Assembly (NCBI GenBank): GCA_035529075.1
Contig: DATKXK010000011.1
Location: 64,295 to 128,294, forward strand
Direction of reading: 5' to 3'
Length of the DNA stretch: 64,000 bases
From: Acidobacteriota bacterium
Lineage (GTDB): Bacteria > Zixibacteria > MSB-5A5 > GN15 > FEB-12
Shown: piece after piece, positions 44,582 to 55,279 of the stretch
Layout: each line of letters opens with the position of its first letter
How positions within the stretch are numbered: the stretch's first letter is position 1
The notes under the pieces: generated by a model
Seen by the model: the letters and a program-made list of their open reading frames with translations, nothing else
What the model was told of the DNA's origin: nothing
Databases searched by the model: none
Made by a program: the position numbers and the translations under genes

Positions 44582-45379
44582 GTGGTAAGCGACGTTCTTG
44601 ACAGGCTGGAGCGGGGCGAGTTCTTTCTGATCGCCGGCCCGTGCGTGATCGAATCGGATGCAGTCTGCTTCGAGGTAGCCGAAAAGGTGGCTGGACTGGC
44701 CCGGGAGTTCGACCTGCCGTTCATCTTCAAGGCCTCCTACAAGAAGGCCAACCGTCTCTCCGCCGGATCCTTCACCGGACCCGGTCTGGACGAAGGTCTC
44801 ACGATACTCAAGCGCGTCAGGGACGAGTTGTCGCTGCCGGTGCTGACCGATGTTCATGAGACGGCCGAGGTTGACCCGGTGGCCGAGGTGGCGGACGTGC
44901 TTCAGATCCCGGCGTTTCTGTGTCGCCAGACGGATCTGCTGGTAAAGGCGACGTCCACGGGCAAGTGGGTGAATATCAAGAAGGGACAGTTTCTTGCCCC
45001 TGAAGACATGGCCGGGGTGGCCGGCAAAACGGAATCCCGGAAAGTGATGTTGACCGAGAGAGGCACTACCTTCGGTTATCGCCATCTGGTCGTGGATTTC
45101 CGCTCGCTGGTGATAATGAAGGAAACCGGTCTGCCGGTCGTCTTTGACGCCACCCATTCGCTGCAGCTTCCCGGCGGCGGCGGTACGGTCTCGACCGGAC
45201 AGCCGCAGTATATCATTCCGATGGCCAGGGCAGCGGCCGCAGTCGGTATCGACGGGCTCTTTGTGGAGACCCATCCCCGTCCGACCGAGGCGCTTTCCGA
45301 TGCCGGTGCCATGCTGCCGCTTTCGAAGATGCGGGAGCTTCTTGAGTCGGTGATCAGAATTCGGGAATCATCACGGTAG
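44582..45379 (+). CDS. kdsA: 2-dehydro-3-deoxyphosphooctonate (KDO-8-P) aldolase
   Basis: LIAGPCVIES, LPVLTDVHE, LQIPAFLCRQTDLL, KKGQF, DATHSLQLPGG. GTG start at 44582 is inferred. Confidence 0.9.
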   Translation: MVSDVLDRLERGEFFLIAGPCVIESDAVCFEVAEKVAGLAREFDLPFIFKASYKKANRLSAGSFTGPGLDEGLTILKRVRDELSLPVLTDVHETAEVDPVAEVADVLQIPAFLCRQTDLLVKATSTGKWVNIKKGQFLAPEDMAGVAGKTESRKVMLTERGTTFGYRHLVVDFRSLVIMKETGLPVVFDATHSLQLPGGGGTVSTGQPQYIIPMARAAAAVGIDGLFVETHPRPTEALSDAGAMLPLSKMRELLESVIRIRESSR

Positions 45380-45386
45380 GCGGAAG

Positions 45387-45917
45387 ATGACCACCCTTAC
45401 CCGCGAGCAATTTATCGAACGGCTGAAGACTATTCGGTTGCTGGCCATTGACGTCGATGGTACCCTCACCGATGACAGCATCTTCTTCGGTCCCGACGGC
45501 TTCGAGATGAAAAAGTTCAACGTCTCCGACGGCTTCTTCATGGTGCTGGCTATGCGGCAGGGGCTGGAACTGGCCGTCGTTTCCGGCCGCAATTCTCCCG
45601 CCACCGAGACGCGCATGAAAGACCTCGGCATACAGCACGTCCTCCAGGGCCGTCGTGACAAGTGCGATATGATCGAGCCGCTTTTGAGCGAACTGGGCAT
45701 CACCTACAGCCAGGTGGCTTTCGTCGGGAACGAGCTTCTGGACATCAAGCTGGCGCAGAAAGTGGGCCTGCCCCTGGCGGTGGCTGACGCCAACGACGAA
45801 CTGAAAACCGTTGTCAGTTACGTAACGGCCAGGAAGGGCGGCGAAGGTGCGGTGCGGGAAATTCTGGAATGCTATTTTGAAGCTATCGGCGTTGACCCCA
45901 AGAGTCTGGTGATCTGA
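45387..45917 (+). CDS. kdsC: KDO-8-phosphate phosphatase (HAD)
   Basis: IDVDGTLTD, VVSGRNS, GNELLDI. Confidence 0.88.
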   Translation: MTTLTREQFIERLKTIRLLAIDVDGTLTDDSIFFGPDGFEMKKFNVSDGFFMVLAMRQGLELAVVSGRNSPATETRMKDLGIQHVLQGRRDKCDMIEPLLSELGITYSQVAFVGNELLDIKLAQKVGLPLAVADANDELKTVVSYVTARKGGEGAVREILECYFEAIGVDPKSLVI

Positions 45918-46879
45918 TGAACGTACGTGACTACGGTCGGGAAGTTATACGGATGGAAGCCGGGGCGATCGCCGGACTGGCGGAACGCCTGGACGAGAAC
46001 TTTGATCGCGCCGTGGAGCTTATTCTCGGCTGCAAGGGTCGGGTGATCGTGACCGGTCTCGGAAAATCCGGCTTGATCGGCAAGAAGATTGCCGCCACCT
46101 TCAACTCCACCGGCATATCCTCGTTCTTCCTGCATCCGACGGAAGCGATGCACGGCGACCTGGGCCTGGTGCGCTCCGAGGACATTCTCATGGTTCTCTC
46201 CAAGTCCGGGCAGTTTGCCGAGATCGAGGCCGTGATCGCCGCGACCGGGAGGCTCGGCGTCAAGATGATTGCGCTGTGCGGAACGACCGCGTCGCCCCTG
46301 TTCCATCGAGCCGACATTGCCCTGGACTGCTCGGTGGAGGTGGAAGCCTGCCCCAACAACCTCGTGCCCACCTCGTCGTCGACGGCCACCCTGGTCATGG
46401 GGGACGCCCTGGCCGTCGCCCTGCTCAAAGCGCGCGATTTTTCGGCCTCCGATTTCGCCGTGTTGCACCCGGGCGGAGTCCTGGGCCGCCGCCTGCTCAA
46501 ACACGTGTACGAGGTTCACCACGCCGCCGATGAGATCCCCCTCGTCAAGCCCGAGGCTACGTTCTCCGAAATGATTCTCGAGATGACCTCCAAGCGGCTG
46601 GGGTGCGTGCTCATGACGAACGAAGCGGGCGAGGTGGCGGGCGTCTTTACGGACGGTGACCTGCGGCGCCTGGTTCAGACGAAGAACGATGCCTTCAGCC
46701 GGAAAGCTTCGGAATTGATGATGACGGACCCCAAGACCGTCTCGGCCGACGCCGTACTGGACGCCGCGCTGGCGATCATGGAGAAACATGCCATCACGCA
46801 ACTGGCCACGGTTGACGAAAACAATCGGCTGGTGGGCATCGTTCACCTGCATGATATTCTCAAAACCAAGCTCGTGTGA
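45917..46879 (+). CDS. kdsD: Arabinose-5-phosphate isomerase (SIS plus CBS pair)
   Basis: VTGLGKSGLIGKKIAATF, two CBS motifs at the C-terminus. Confidence 0.92.
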   Translation: MNVRDYGREVIRMEAGAIAGLAERLDENFDRAVELILGCKGRVIVTGLGKSGLIGKKIAATFNSTGISSFFLHPTEAMHGDLGLVRSEDILMVLSKSGQFAEIEAVIAATGRLGVKMIALCGTTASPLFHRADIALDCSVEVEACPNNLVPTSSSTATLVMGDALAVALLKARDFSASDFAVLHPGGVLGRRLLKHVYEVHHAADEIPLVKPEATFSEMILEMTSKRLGCVLMTNEAGEVAGVFTDGDLRRLVQTKNDAFSRKASELMMTDPKTVSADAVLDAALAIMEKHAITQLATVDENNRLVGIVHLHDILKTKLV

Positions 46880-46914
46880 CGCCGGTCGGACGATCACGTG
46901 ACCTGCCGGTACCT

Positions 46915-47823
46915 ATGAGAGTTCTCAAGAAGCTAAAGAGGAGCACGGTCTACGGCGGCACGCGCCTTTTCATCTCTCTCTGCAACCGGGTCCCCCGGCG
47001 AGTGGCTGTCTTCGTCGCCGGCTGGCTGGGGCTGGCCGCGTGGAAACTGCTGCCAAGGGACCGGTACCGCGCCCACAGGCATCTTTGGCTTGTCTACGGC
47101 GACCGGCTGAGCTGGTCCCAGAGAGAGAACCTCGGCAGGACGATGTTCGTCAATTTCGGCAGGAATCTGGCGGACATGGCGAGGATGCGGCGGCACTATG
47201 CCTCTGAAATCCGGCCGCTTGTCACGGTCGAGGGCCTCGAACATTTCGACGCCGCTTACCGGCAAGGCAAAGGTGTCATCGGAATCACGGGTCATATCGG
47301 CAACTTTGAACTGATGGGCGTTCACGTGGCCTCGCTTGGCTACGACATTGCCGTGATCGGCCGCAAAATGTACGATGCGCGGCTGGATCAACTGCTCGTG
47401 GAGAACCGCCGGGCGCTGGGGCTGACCAATTTCGCCACCACCGATTCCCCGCACAAAGTGCTCTCGTGGCTGAGAAGCGGCCGAGCAATCGGAGTCCTGA
47501 TCGACACCGACTCCCGGCGGGTAAGGAGCATGTTCATGCCGGCCTTCGGCCGGCTGTCCAACACGCCGGTGGGGCAGTCGATCATCGGACTCAGGGCGGG
47601 GGCGGCGTTTGTGCCGATGGCCTGCCTGCGCTGCGGCGGTGGCCGCTACCGGATCGTCATTCGCCCCCAGGTCGAAATTACGGCCAGCGGTGATCTCCAG
47701 GCGGATGTGCGCCGCCTTACCCTGTTGTGTACCAAGGCCTTGGAGGAAATTATTCACTGCCACCGGGATCAGTGGATATGGTTGCATAATCGCTGGCGGA
47801 CTCCGGCAGGAATTGCCCCTTGA
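46915..47823 (+). CDS. Lipid A biosynthesis (LpxL/HtrB-like) lysophospholipid acyltransferase
   Basis: GHIGNFEL (HX4E/D acyltransferase motif). An alternative GTG start at 46876 overlaps the kdsD stop. Confidence 0.75.
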   Translation: MRVLKKLKRSTVYGGTRLFISLCNRVPRRVAVFVAGWLGLAAWKLLPRDRYRAHRHLWLVYGDRLSWSQRENLGRTMFVNFGRNLADMARMRRHYASEIRPLVTVEGLEHFDAAYRQGKGVIGITGHIGNFELMGVHVASLGYDIAVIGRKMYDARLDQLLVENRRALGLTNFATTDSPHKVLSWLRSGRAIGVLIDTDSRRVRSMFMPAFGRLSNTPVGQSIIGLRAGAAFVPMACLRCGGGRYRIVIRPQVEITASGDLQADVRRLTLLCTKALEEIIHCHRDQWIWLHNRWRTPAGIAP

Positions 47824-47857
47824 CAGCCCGGTATTTTTTGGCATCTTAGACACCGAT

Positions 47858-48448
47858 ATGCGTACAAAGGCCGCGGCAATATCTATGCGCTACAGCATGC
47901 TTCTGATTCTCGTCTCATGGGCGGTCGGCTGGCTTGTCGGCTGCAACGGTGAGGACATCGCGAAAAACAGCGAGCCCGGACTCGTGGACAGCGCCATTCG
48001 CCCGGATTCCGAGGTCGCCGGGGCACGGATACTGCTTTATGACCGGGGCCAAGTAACCAGTGAAATCCTCGCCGATAAAATCTACAAGTTCGAGGCCAGA
48101 GACTCCACGGTCGGCCACAAGCTCGATATCGTCTTCTACGACTCGCTGGGAGAAGTCAACTCCACGGTGGTGGGCGATTCGGGCATTATTCGCGAGACCC
48201 GGGGCCTGCTTGACATTTACGGAAACGTGGTCGTCGTTGATGAAAACGAGTCTCGCCTCGAGACCGACTACCTGTTCTGGAACCAGACCACGCGGAAGAT
48301 GCGCACCGACGCCTTTGTCAGAATCACCTATACCGATGGCAGCGTTGTGACCGGCTGGGGGCTGGAGGCCGACCGGAACCTCAGCACCTACAAAATCCTC
48401 AACCAGGTTTCCGGCACGGTCAAGGATACGCGAAAAAAGCGCCCGTAA
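47858..48448 (+). CDS. lptC: LptC-like LPS export protein (lipoprotein-type signal)
   Basis: Signal with LVGC, OstA/LptC-like beta-jellyroll repeats; located after the Kdo/lipid A genes. Confidence 0.7.
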   Translation: MRTKAAAISMRYSMLLILVSWAVGWLVGCNGEDIAKNSEPGLVDSAIRPDSEVAGARILLYDRGQVTSEILADKIYKFEARDSTVGHKLDIVFYDSLGEVNSTVVGDSGIIRETRGLLDIYGNVVVVDENESRLETDYLFWNQTTRKMRTDAFVRITYTDGSVVTGWGLEADRNLSTYKILNQVSGTVKDTRKKRP

Positions 48449-48644
48449 CGGTCCCGGCGCGTGGCCGTCTTCCCGCGCAAAATAATTCTGCAATCTGCTG
48501 AATTTTCTCACCTTCAGTCGGTAAGCATTTCAGACGGAACATGGCGCCGGTCTGCCGGAATTCCTTGGATTATGGCGCGAGCATGCATATGTTTTGCCGT
48601 GGCCGGTTCGGGGCGAGCCGGAAACGCGCTTTTACGGAGGACAC

Positions 48645-48983
48645 ATGGAGCCACAGGTAAAATACAGAAACATGTGGGGGCAGGTCGGGCTGATGATAAT
48701 CACGCTCGGCATTTACTCGATCTACTGGTTCTACCAGACCGCTGTTGAACTGAAGGGCCTGGCCAAGGCTCACAGCGCTGAACCGGCGCTCTGGACGATT
48801 CTGCTGTTCATCCCGTTTGCCAACCTTTACTCCTACTACAAGTACAGCGACCTGTACGAGTTTGTCAGTTCGGATCATTTCAACCGCTGGATAATGTGGC
48901 TGCTGTGGATTTGCTTCTCTCCGGCCGTCTGGCTGATTGTGCAGCTTGAGCTGAACCGCCGCGCCACCTACGACCGCCCGTAA
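48645..48983 (+). CDS. DUF4234-like small membrane protein
   Basis: GLMIITLGIYSIYWFY signature, 3 TM segments. Confidence 0.6.
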   Translation: MEPQVKYRNMWGQVGLMIITLGIYSIYWFYQTAVELKGLAKAHSAEPALWTILLFIPFANLYSYYKYSDLYEFVSSDHFNRWIMWLLWICFSPAVWLIVQLELNRRATYDRP

Positions 48984-49159
48984 TAGCCCGCACGGCGGCC
49001 GACGTGCAATCAGGTTGCCCGGGCCGAGGTTTTTAGTTGCCCCGGTGCCCGCGCCGTCGTTACATATATCTCCGGTATCCGGATGACTATCCTTTGCCAA
49101 CGGCACTGCCCATCGGTTACCACGCAGGAGAAATCGCAAACTGCACGAAGGATATCGGT

Positions 49160-49708
49160 ATGACCAACAGATACGCGCAGATGAACTGCTATGTCCTGGC
49201 CGGCGGCAGGAGCAATATCAGGGACGATTTCAAGGTAGACGGCGAGTTGACGCGGCTTGAAAAAGGTTTCCGACGGTACGCCGCCGTCTTTGAAAAAGTG
49301 TGCCTCGTGCTCAAAAAGCAGCAGGCCCGCGAAGGGTATCTGAATTACCCTCACGTATGCGACAGCCACCCGGAACATGCGGCCGTGGCCGGGCTGGTGG
49401 CGGCGTTGCGCGACGCCGATTCGGAGGCCGTGTTCATCGGCTCGGCCGACATTGCCGACTTCCCCCTGGAGCTGGTTGTCCGCCTCATGAGGAGCTACCG
49501 GGGAGAACCGTTCCTGGGTTACCAGGACGCCCGGTCCTCCCAGGGCCGGTACCAGCCGTGGTTTGGCATCTATCGCCGGGAGTTTGCAGCCCGGCTCGAG
49601 GGTGTACTTGACGGCCGGGAACCGGATATAGCACATCTGCTGGCCCGGGAGGGCAGGTTTCTGCCGGTCCCGAATCATGCGGCCGCCGGCAGCCTCTGCA
49701 TGAACTGA
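49160..49708 (+). CDS. MobA-like NTP-transferase family protein
   Basis: NCYVLAGGRS nucleotide-binding start; IGSADIADFP. Confidence 0.6.
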   Translation: MTNRYAQMNCYVLAGGRSNIRDDFKVDGELTRLEKGFRRYAAVFEKVCLVLKKQQAREGYLNYPHVCDSHPEHAAVAGLVAALRDADSEAVFIGSADIADFPLELVVRLMRSYRGEPFLGYQDARSSQGRYQPWFGIYRREFAARLEGVLDGREPDIAHLLAREGRFLPVPNHAAAGSLCMN

Positions 49709-49799
49709 CAGTGCTGTCAGCCCGGCGACCGGCCGTGTCGGAAGTCGCTCCGCTGGTGCCGGGCAGTTGATTTTTTCCCGCACCGCGCTATATTGATCG

Positions 49800-50195
49800 G
49801 TGTTGGGGAATCAGGCAGTGGATAGAATCGGTCAGCTTTTTGCGTTCTCACCCGGGCAGCTCAGGCTCCTGTCGCTTCTAAGTGTGACGGCCTTTCTTAT
49901 GGGTACCTATCTCCTGGTGGAATCTTACGCCCGCCAGACTGATCGCGGTGCGCAGCTGCCGGTGTTCCTCGGCGAGAACGACCGTGTTTTCACCGGCCTG
50001 TTCCAACTCGATCCCAATACCGCCCCGGTTGACTCCCTGGAACTGCTGCCCGGCGTCGGTCGGGCCATCGCCGACCGCATCGTGGCCTATCGCCGACAGC
50101 ATCGCTTTGAAAGGGAAATAGACGTCACCGACGTCAGGGGCATCGGGCCAAAAACGTTTGAACGATTGCGGCCCTATCTGAAGGTGCGGCGATGA
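49800..50195 (+). CDS. comEA: ComEA-like helix-hairpin-helix DNA-binding protein
   Basis: N-terminal TM, then LLPGVGRAIADRIV and VRGIGPKTFERL HhH motifs. Confidence 0.75.
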   Translation: MLGNQAVDRIGQLFAFSPGQLRLLSLLSVTAFLMGTYLLVESYARQTDRGAQLPVFLGENDRVFTGLFQLDPNTAPVDSLELLPGVGRAIADRIVAYRRQHRFEREIDVTDVRGIGPKTFERLRPYLKVRR

Positions 50196-51043
50196 ACCGG
50201 ACTTCGGTAGTCGGCATTGATTGTCGGGACGGTCGGCTGTATCTCGCCCGGGTGGTTCACGGGGGGGGCCGGCCCGAGGTCGACAGTCTGAGTACGCTCA
50301 GCCGCGACGAGATCTCTGAAGGCTGCATCCGTGATGGTGACCGGCTGATATTGTCGGTTCCCGACAACATGGTCCTTGTAAAGGCTCTGCATCTGGATCG
50401 CACCGATCCCGTTGCCCTTGATCGACGCGTGTATTTCGAGCTGGGCCGTTCCGTGCTCGAGCCGGAAACCGAGTTCCTTTTCGACGCCCTGATCCCCGAG
50501 GATCTTCCGCTTCAGCTGGGTCTCATTTATCGGCGTGAGCGGCTCAGGGATCTTCTGGCCGAGTGCGGATGCAGCGGGCAGGACAACGTGGGCTACCTGG
50601 TCCGGGCGGCCGCCCTGGGTCGGGGCTACCTGACCTTTTGCCGACCGGCCTCCGGGGAACTTGTCGCGCTGGTTGATATCGCGCCGTCGCTGGTCTCGAT
50701 CTGCATTCTCTACCGTCGTCGCCTTGTCTGCCTGGCCCACCTGGCGGACAGTGCCGGCCGGCAGGCGACCGATGAAACGATCAACAAGCTGGCCATCGAG
50801 TGCAGGACCATCGTCAACTTCAAACTTGCCGCGTTGGCCGACGTCGGGATTACGCTGCCCCTGTCATCCGTCGTTCTCAGCGGGGCTGACGCAGGTGAAC
50901 GCGTCCGGGACGTGTTCAGCCGCCGCTTCTCTGCGTGTGTGAGCGGGCCTGAAATCAACCGTGCTTTTTTCACCGAAAGCACGGCGGGCGCCGATGTTGA
51001 CCCGGAACAGTACCTGGTTGCCCTTGGCCTGGCGGTCAATTAG
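50192..51043 (+). CDS. Hypothetical protein (weak PilM/actin-fold resemblance)
   Basis: 4-nt overlap with comEA; N-terminal VVGIDCRDG resembles the phosphate-1 motif of actin-like ATPases. Confidence 0.45.
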   Translation: MNRTSVVGIDCRDGRLYLARVVHGGGRPEVDSLSTLSRDEISEGCIRDGDRLILSVPDNMVLVKALHLDRTDPVALDRRVYFELGRSVLEPETEFLFDALIPEDLPLQLGLIYRRERLRDLLAECGCSGQDNVGYLVRAAALGRGYLTFCRPASGELVALVDIAPSLVSICILYRRRLVCLAHLADSAGRQATDETINKLAIECRTIVNFKLAALADVGITLPLSSVVLSGADAGERVRDVFSRRFSACVSGPEINRAFFTESTAGADVDPEQYLVALGLAVN

Positions 51044-51115
51044 CTTGCCAATACTGGCGCCGCGGCCTATGTTTGCCTACACGATGAAACCCGGAACATG
51101 TAGTCCGGGGTCCGT

Positions 51116-51631
51116 ATGAATATGGTGCAGAAGAAAATACATCGAGCCGTGTATCCGGGCACGTTTGATCCCGTGACCAACGGGCACGTTTCCCTGGTCG
51201 AACGGGCCAGCCAGTTGTTCGACGAACTTGTCGTGGCCGTGGCCAGAGACGGCGGCAAGAGTCCCCTGTTTGACTTTGAAGATCGCATCGGTTTCATGAC
51301 GGCCGCCGTCGGCCGCCTGCGGATGGCTCAGTCGGTCAAGGTCATCGGCTTCGAAGGCCTCACCGCCGAACTGGTCAAGAAGTTGAAAGCGCAGGTGATC
51401 GTCAGGGGGCTGCGAGCTGTCTCCGACTTTGAGTACGAATTCCAGATGGCGCTCATGAACCGCAAGTTGGTTCGCGACGTGGAGACCGTATACCTGATGC
51501 CGTCCCTCTCATGGGTGTATCTCTCGTCGTCGATCGTCAAGGACGTGGCTCGGAACAGGGGGGACGTCTCGGGCCTGGTGCCGCCCGAGGTAAACGATGC
51601 CATCACCGCCAAGTTCCCCGGGCGCCCCTGA
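51116..51631 (+). CDS. coaD: Phosphopantetheine adenylyltransferase
   Basis: YPGTFDPVTNGH, RGLRAVSDFEYE. Confidence 0.93.
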   Translation: MNMVQKKIHRAVYPGTFDPVTNGHVSLVERASQLFDELVVAVARDGGKSPLFDFEDRIGFMTAAVGRLRMAQSVKVIGFEGLTAELVKKLKAQVIVRGLRAVSDFEYEFQMALMNRKLVRDVETVYLMPSLSWVYLSSSIVKDVARNRGDVSGLVPPEVNDAITAKFPGRP

Positions 51632-51730
51632 GTCCGTCGCGACCCGGCGCGGTGTGTTTAGGTTGGCTTGAGAACCTGCCGGGCATGATCGGCGGCGGGC
51701 CGTGGCTGACCGGTCTGGAAGGAACTCACG

Positions 51731-53314
51731 ATGGACAACAACAAACGAAGCGAATCTGCAGACAACCAGGGACATCCCGAGGCGCAGCCGCCGCTGGCAG
51801 ATATGATCAGGACCCGGCGGGAAAAGGCAAGAGAGCTCATCCGCAGGCACGCCGATCCCTATCCGTACCGTTACGACTGGAGCCACTACATACGGGACGT
51901 GCTCGGCGATTTCGACGCCCTGGCGGCCGGCGAGACCGCGGTGCGCATCACCGGGCGAATCATGCTCAAGCGGAAGATGGGCAAGGTCTTCTTTGCCGAT
52001 CTGCGCGGCGCCAGTGAGCGCATCCAGGTGTACGTGCGAAAGGATGCCGTCGGCGACGAGGCGTTCGCCGTCTTTGACCTGCTCGATCTGGGTGATATTA
52101 TCGGGTGCGAGGGCGTACCTTTCATCACCCGCACCGGCGAGCGCACTGTGCGGGTCACCAGTTTCGACGTGCTGACCAAGACGCTTCATCCCTTGCCCGA
52201 CAAACACTCCGGCCTGTCCGACAAGGAAATGCGGTATCGCCGACGGTACGCTGACCTGATAGTCAACCCCGAGGTCCGTGAAACGTTTCTCATGCGTACG
52301 AAGATCATCCGGACGCTTCGCGATTTCCTGAACGAAAAGGGTTTCATGGAGGTTGAGACTCCCATCCTGCAACCCCTTTACGGTGGAGGCATGGCCAAGC
52401 CGTTTGAAACGTACCATGAGAAACTCAGCATGCCCATGTACCTGCGGGTCGCCGACGAGCTGTATCTCAAACGGCTGATTGTCGGGGGCTATGACAAAGT
52501 CTGGGAATTCTGCAAGGACTTCCGGAACGAAGGGCTTGACCGCGCGCACAATCCGGAATTCTCAATGATCGAACTGTACTGGGCCTATGCCGACTACCGC
52601 GATATGGCCGAGCTTTTCGAGGAACTGGTGCGCCACACCGTGTATGCCGTGCACGGGAAGTACAAATTACCCTACGGCGATCACGAGATAGATTATGAGC
52701 CGCCCTTCCGGTGGGTCACCATGATCGGCTCGATCAAGGACGTGACCGGCGTCGATTTCACGGATCTTGACCTGGAGCAGGCCAGGGCCGAAGCCGGGAA
52801 GCTCGGCGTGGACGACGGCGAGTTGACCAACCGAGGTAAGGTAATCGAAGCAGTATGGGAGGCTACGGTCGAGCCGACGTTGATTCAGCCGACCTTTATC
52901 GCCGACTTCCCCGTGGAGATATCGCCGCTGGCCAAGAAACATCGACGGGATAAACGCCTCACCGAGCGCTTTGAACTGTTCATCGCCGGCCAGGAAATCG
53001 GCAACGCCTTCAGCGAACTCAATGACCCCATGGACCAGTTGGTGCGGTTTCTGGACCAGGGCAAGGCGATCGAGGCCGGCGACGAGGAAGCACAGCCCCT
53101 GGACGACGACTTCATTACCGCCCTGGCTTACGGCATGCCGCCCACGGCCGGGCTCGGCTTCGGTATCGACCGGCTTGTAATGGTGCTGACCAACCAGCAG
53201 AACATTCGCGACGTTATTTTCTTTCCCCAGATGAAGGAAGTCGGCGAAGGCACCGTGCCGGTCTCTCAGATTCTCAGGCAGATCCTCGAAGATGAGGGCG
53301 GCGAGCCAGAGTAG
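51731..53314 (+). CDS. lysS: Lysine--tRNA ligase, class II
   Basis: OB-fold N-domain, FRNEG, class II motifs 2 and 3 (GLGFGIDRL). Confidence 0.95.
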   Translation: MDNNKRSESADNQGHPEAQPPLADMIRTRREKARELIRRHADPYPYRYDWSHYIRDVLGDFDALAAGETAVRITGRIMLKRKMGKVFFADLRGASERIQVYVRKDAVGDEAFAVFDLLDLGDIIGCEGVPFITRTGERTVRVTSFDVLTKTLHPLPDKHSGLSDKEMRYRRRYADLIVNPEVRETFLMRTKIIRTLRDFLNEKGFMEVETPILQPLYGGGMAKPFETYHEKLSMPMYLRVADELYLKRLIVGGYDKVWEFCKDFRNEGLDRAHNPEFSMIELYWAYADYRDMAELFEELVRHTVYAVHGKYKLPYGDHEIDYEPPFRWVTMIGSIKDVTGVDFTDLDLEQARAEAGKLGVDDGELTNRGKVIEAVWEATVEPTLIQPTFIADFPVEISPLAKKHRRDKRLTERFELFIAGQEIGNAFSELNDPMDQLVRFLDQGKAIEAGDEEAQPLDDDFITALAYGMPPTAGLGFGIDRLVMVLTNQQNIRDVIFFPQMKEVGEGTVPVSQILRQILEDEGGEPE

Positions 53315-53353
53315 AGGACGCGGCCCGGGGACCGACCGGTCTCAGGAGGAGTC

Positions 53354-54607
53354 GTGAGCGAAATCAGGAACCTGACCGAGGAGCACTTCAGCGAGTTTGT
53401 GCGTATCTCCACCGAGGCTTACCCGGGGACGCGGGTCTTTACGCCGGAAGGCCGCGAACGGGCCAAAGAGGTCCTCAAAAAGTGGTTAAAGGACACGCGC
53501 CGAACGCTGTACGGCGCTTTCCGCAACGACACCCTGGCGGGCGTGATCAGTCTGCATGACTTCATGATGAACGTTCGCGGTGCAAAGGTCCTTGCCGGCG
53601 GGGCTGGGTCCCTGGCCGTGGAATTGGCGCACAAGAAGCAGCACGTCGCCCGGGACCTCATGGAATTCTATCTCGATCACTATTACGAGATGGGCGCGCC
53701 GATGGCCGTCCTCTGGCCCTTCCGCCCTGACTTCTATCGCCGGATGGGTTTCGGTATCGGCGCCAAGATGCACCAGTACCGGTTCAAGCCGGAGAGCCTG
53801 CCCGTCGCGCAGCCGGGGGAACACGTCCGGTTTCTCAAGCCTGAGGATATCCCGGCGCTCAACGATTGTCACAGCCGTCTCTGCGAGCGGCGCACCGGCA
53901 TGGTTGAGGAATCACAGATCGGCTGGGAAAACCAGTTCGAACTGCGCCCGAATCTCCGGTGTGTCTGCTACGAAGACGCCGGCAGGATTCAGGGATATCT
54001 TATTTACCGATTCCGATCCAATAACCCCGACAACTTCCTGGACAACGATATCATTGTTGACATCCTGCTGTACGAGTCCCGCCAGGTGCTGGCCGAATTG
54101 CTGACTTTCCTTCGAATCCAGGGTGACCAGGTGAACCGCGTCGTTCTCAGCACGCCCGATGACGACTTCTACGTGCTTCTGGAGGATCCCCGCAACGGCT
54201 CCGGCAACCTGTCCAGGCCAGTGTTCCATGAGTGCCACGTCTCCGGAGTCGGGATCATGTACCGCGTACTGAACGTCCGGAAAATGTTTGAGCTTCTCGC
54301 CGACCACGACTTCGGCGGTGTGTCGGTCAGCCTCAGGCTCAGCCTGACGGATATTTTCTTTCCCAGGAACGCCGGATCGCTTATACTGTGCGTAACGGAG
54401 GGCCGGCTGGCCGTCGCGGATTCCGGACCGTGCGAGGTCGATGTCGCCATGGATATCGCGGACTTCTCGTCCCTGTTCATGGGAGCGGTGGGCTTTCGGT
54501 CCCTGCTGACCTACGGCCTGGCCGAGATCTCTGATGCTGGCTATGCCGATACGGTCCATCGCCTGTTCGCAACCGAAGACAAACCGCTCTGTCTGGCTGA
54601 CTTTTAG
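53354..54607 (+). CDS. GNAT N-acetyltransferase with an SCP2-like C-terminal domain (Eis-like)
   Basis: GTG start; GNAT core VAVELAHKKQHVARDLM and FYRRMGFG; about 417 aa tripartite layout. Confidence 0.75.
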   Translation: MSEIRNLTEEHFSEFVRISTEAYPGTRVFTPEGRERAKEVLKKWLKDTRRTLYGAFRNDTLAGVISLHDFMMNVRGAKVLAGGAGSLAVELAHKKQHVARDLMEFYLDHYYEMGAPMAVLWPFRPDFYRRMGFGIGAKMHQYRFKPESLPVAQPGEHVRFLKPEDIPALNDCHSRLCERRTGMVEESQIGWENQFELRPNLRCVCYEDAGRIQGYLIYRFRSNNPDNFLDNDIIVDILLYESRQVLAELLTFLRIQGDQVNRVVLSTPDDDFYVLLEDPRNGSGNLSRPVFHECHVSGVGIMYRVLNVRKMFELLADHDFGGVSVSLRLSLTDIFFPRNAGSLILCVTEGRLAVADSGPCEVDVAMDIADFSSLFMGAVGFRSLLTYGLAEISDAGYADTVHRLFATEDKPLCLADF

Positions 54608-54872
54608 TGAAGGTACCGGATGATCACATTCAAGACGGCAATATCCCCTTGGGTCGAGCGCCAGGTGAACCGTTCGGGACATCCATCAGCGGTGGTGTCC
54701 CATATGGTACGCGGGGGACTGACGGGACGGTGGGCCGAATCGGCGATCCCGTTGTCACACTTCGGCTTGGATCCGGACACCCCCACGGCACACTTTTTGA
54801 AGGTAGCATGTGACGGAGTAGAAGCAGATTCGTCAGTGTTTCAAACAGCCCACTAACAAAGGAGCCTTAGTT

Positions 54873-55244
54873 ATGCGAAGAGCATCAGTCCTGGTAACGG
54901 TTCTTGCTCTCCTGATCGCTTTCGGCGTGACCCCGGTTCAGGCCGGTGGCCCCAATGGAAACGGCCCGGGCGACGGCACCGGAGACGGCAACTTCTATAA
55001 CTGGAACTACGGGTGGTACTACAACTGGTACTACTTCTGGCAGTCGTGCACCGGTTGCGACAATGCAGGAGGCGGTGAGCAGGCCAAGCCGTCCGATCCG
55101 CCAGTTCAGGGAGATGGAGACAACGGCAACAACCACGAGTACCAGTGGAAGTACAAATGGCAGTACAAGGTGGACAAGGAGGACTGCTGCACGGGCGGTG
55201 ACCGCGATCAGACGCGCCTGAGAGACGGCAGCTGTCAGCCGTAA
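54873..55244 (+). CDS. Secreted Trp/Tyr/Asn/Gly-rich Cys-containing small protein, unknown function
   Basis: AAAGGAG RBS, signal peptide ...PVQA/GG. Two 31-aa modules, GDG...aromatic alternation...CTG[CG]D. A terminator follows. Confidence 0.65.
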   Translation: MRRASVLVTVLALLIAFGVTPVQAGGPNGNGPGDGTGDGNFYNWNYGWYYNWYYFWQSCTGCDNAGGGEQAKPSDPPVQGDGDNGNNHEYQWKYKWQYKVDKEDCCTGGDRDQTRLRDGSCQP

Positions 55245-55279
55245 CCCGGACTTTTCAGACGGTCCCGAGATCAAACGTA

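Noticed and set aside
54620-54856. 78-aa ORF upstream of the Trp/Tyr-rich gene, and the 127-aa ORF at 35944-36327
   Set aside because: Neither has an RBS or motifs. The composition is typical of non-coding or shadow frames. They are treated as intergenic.
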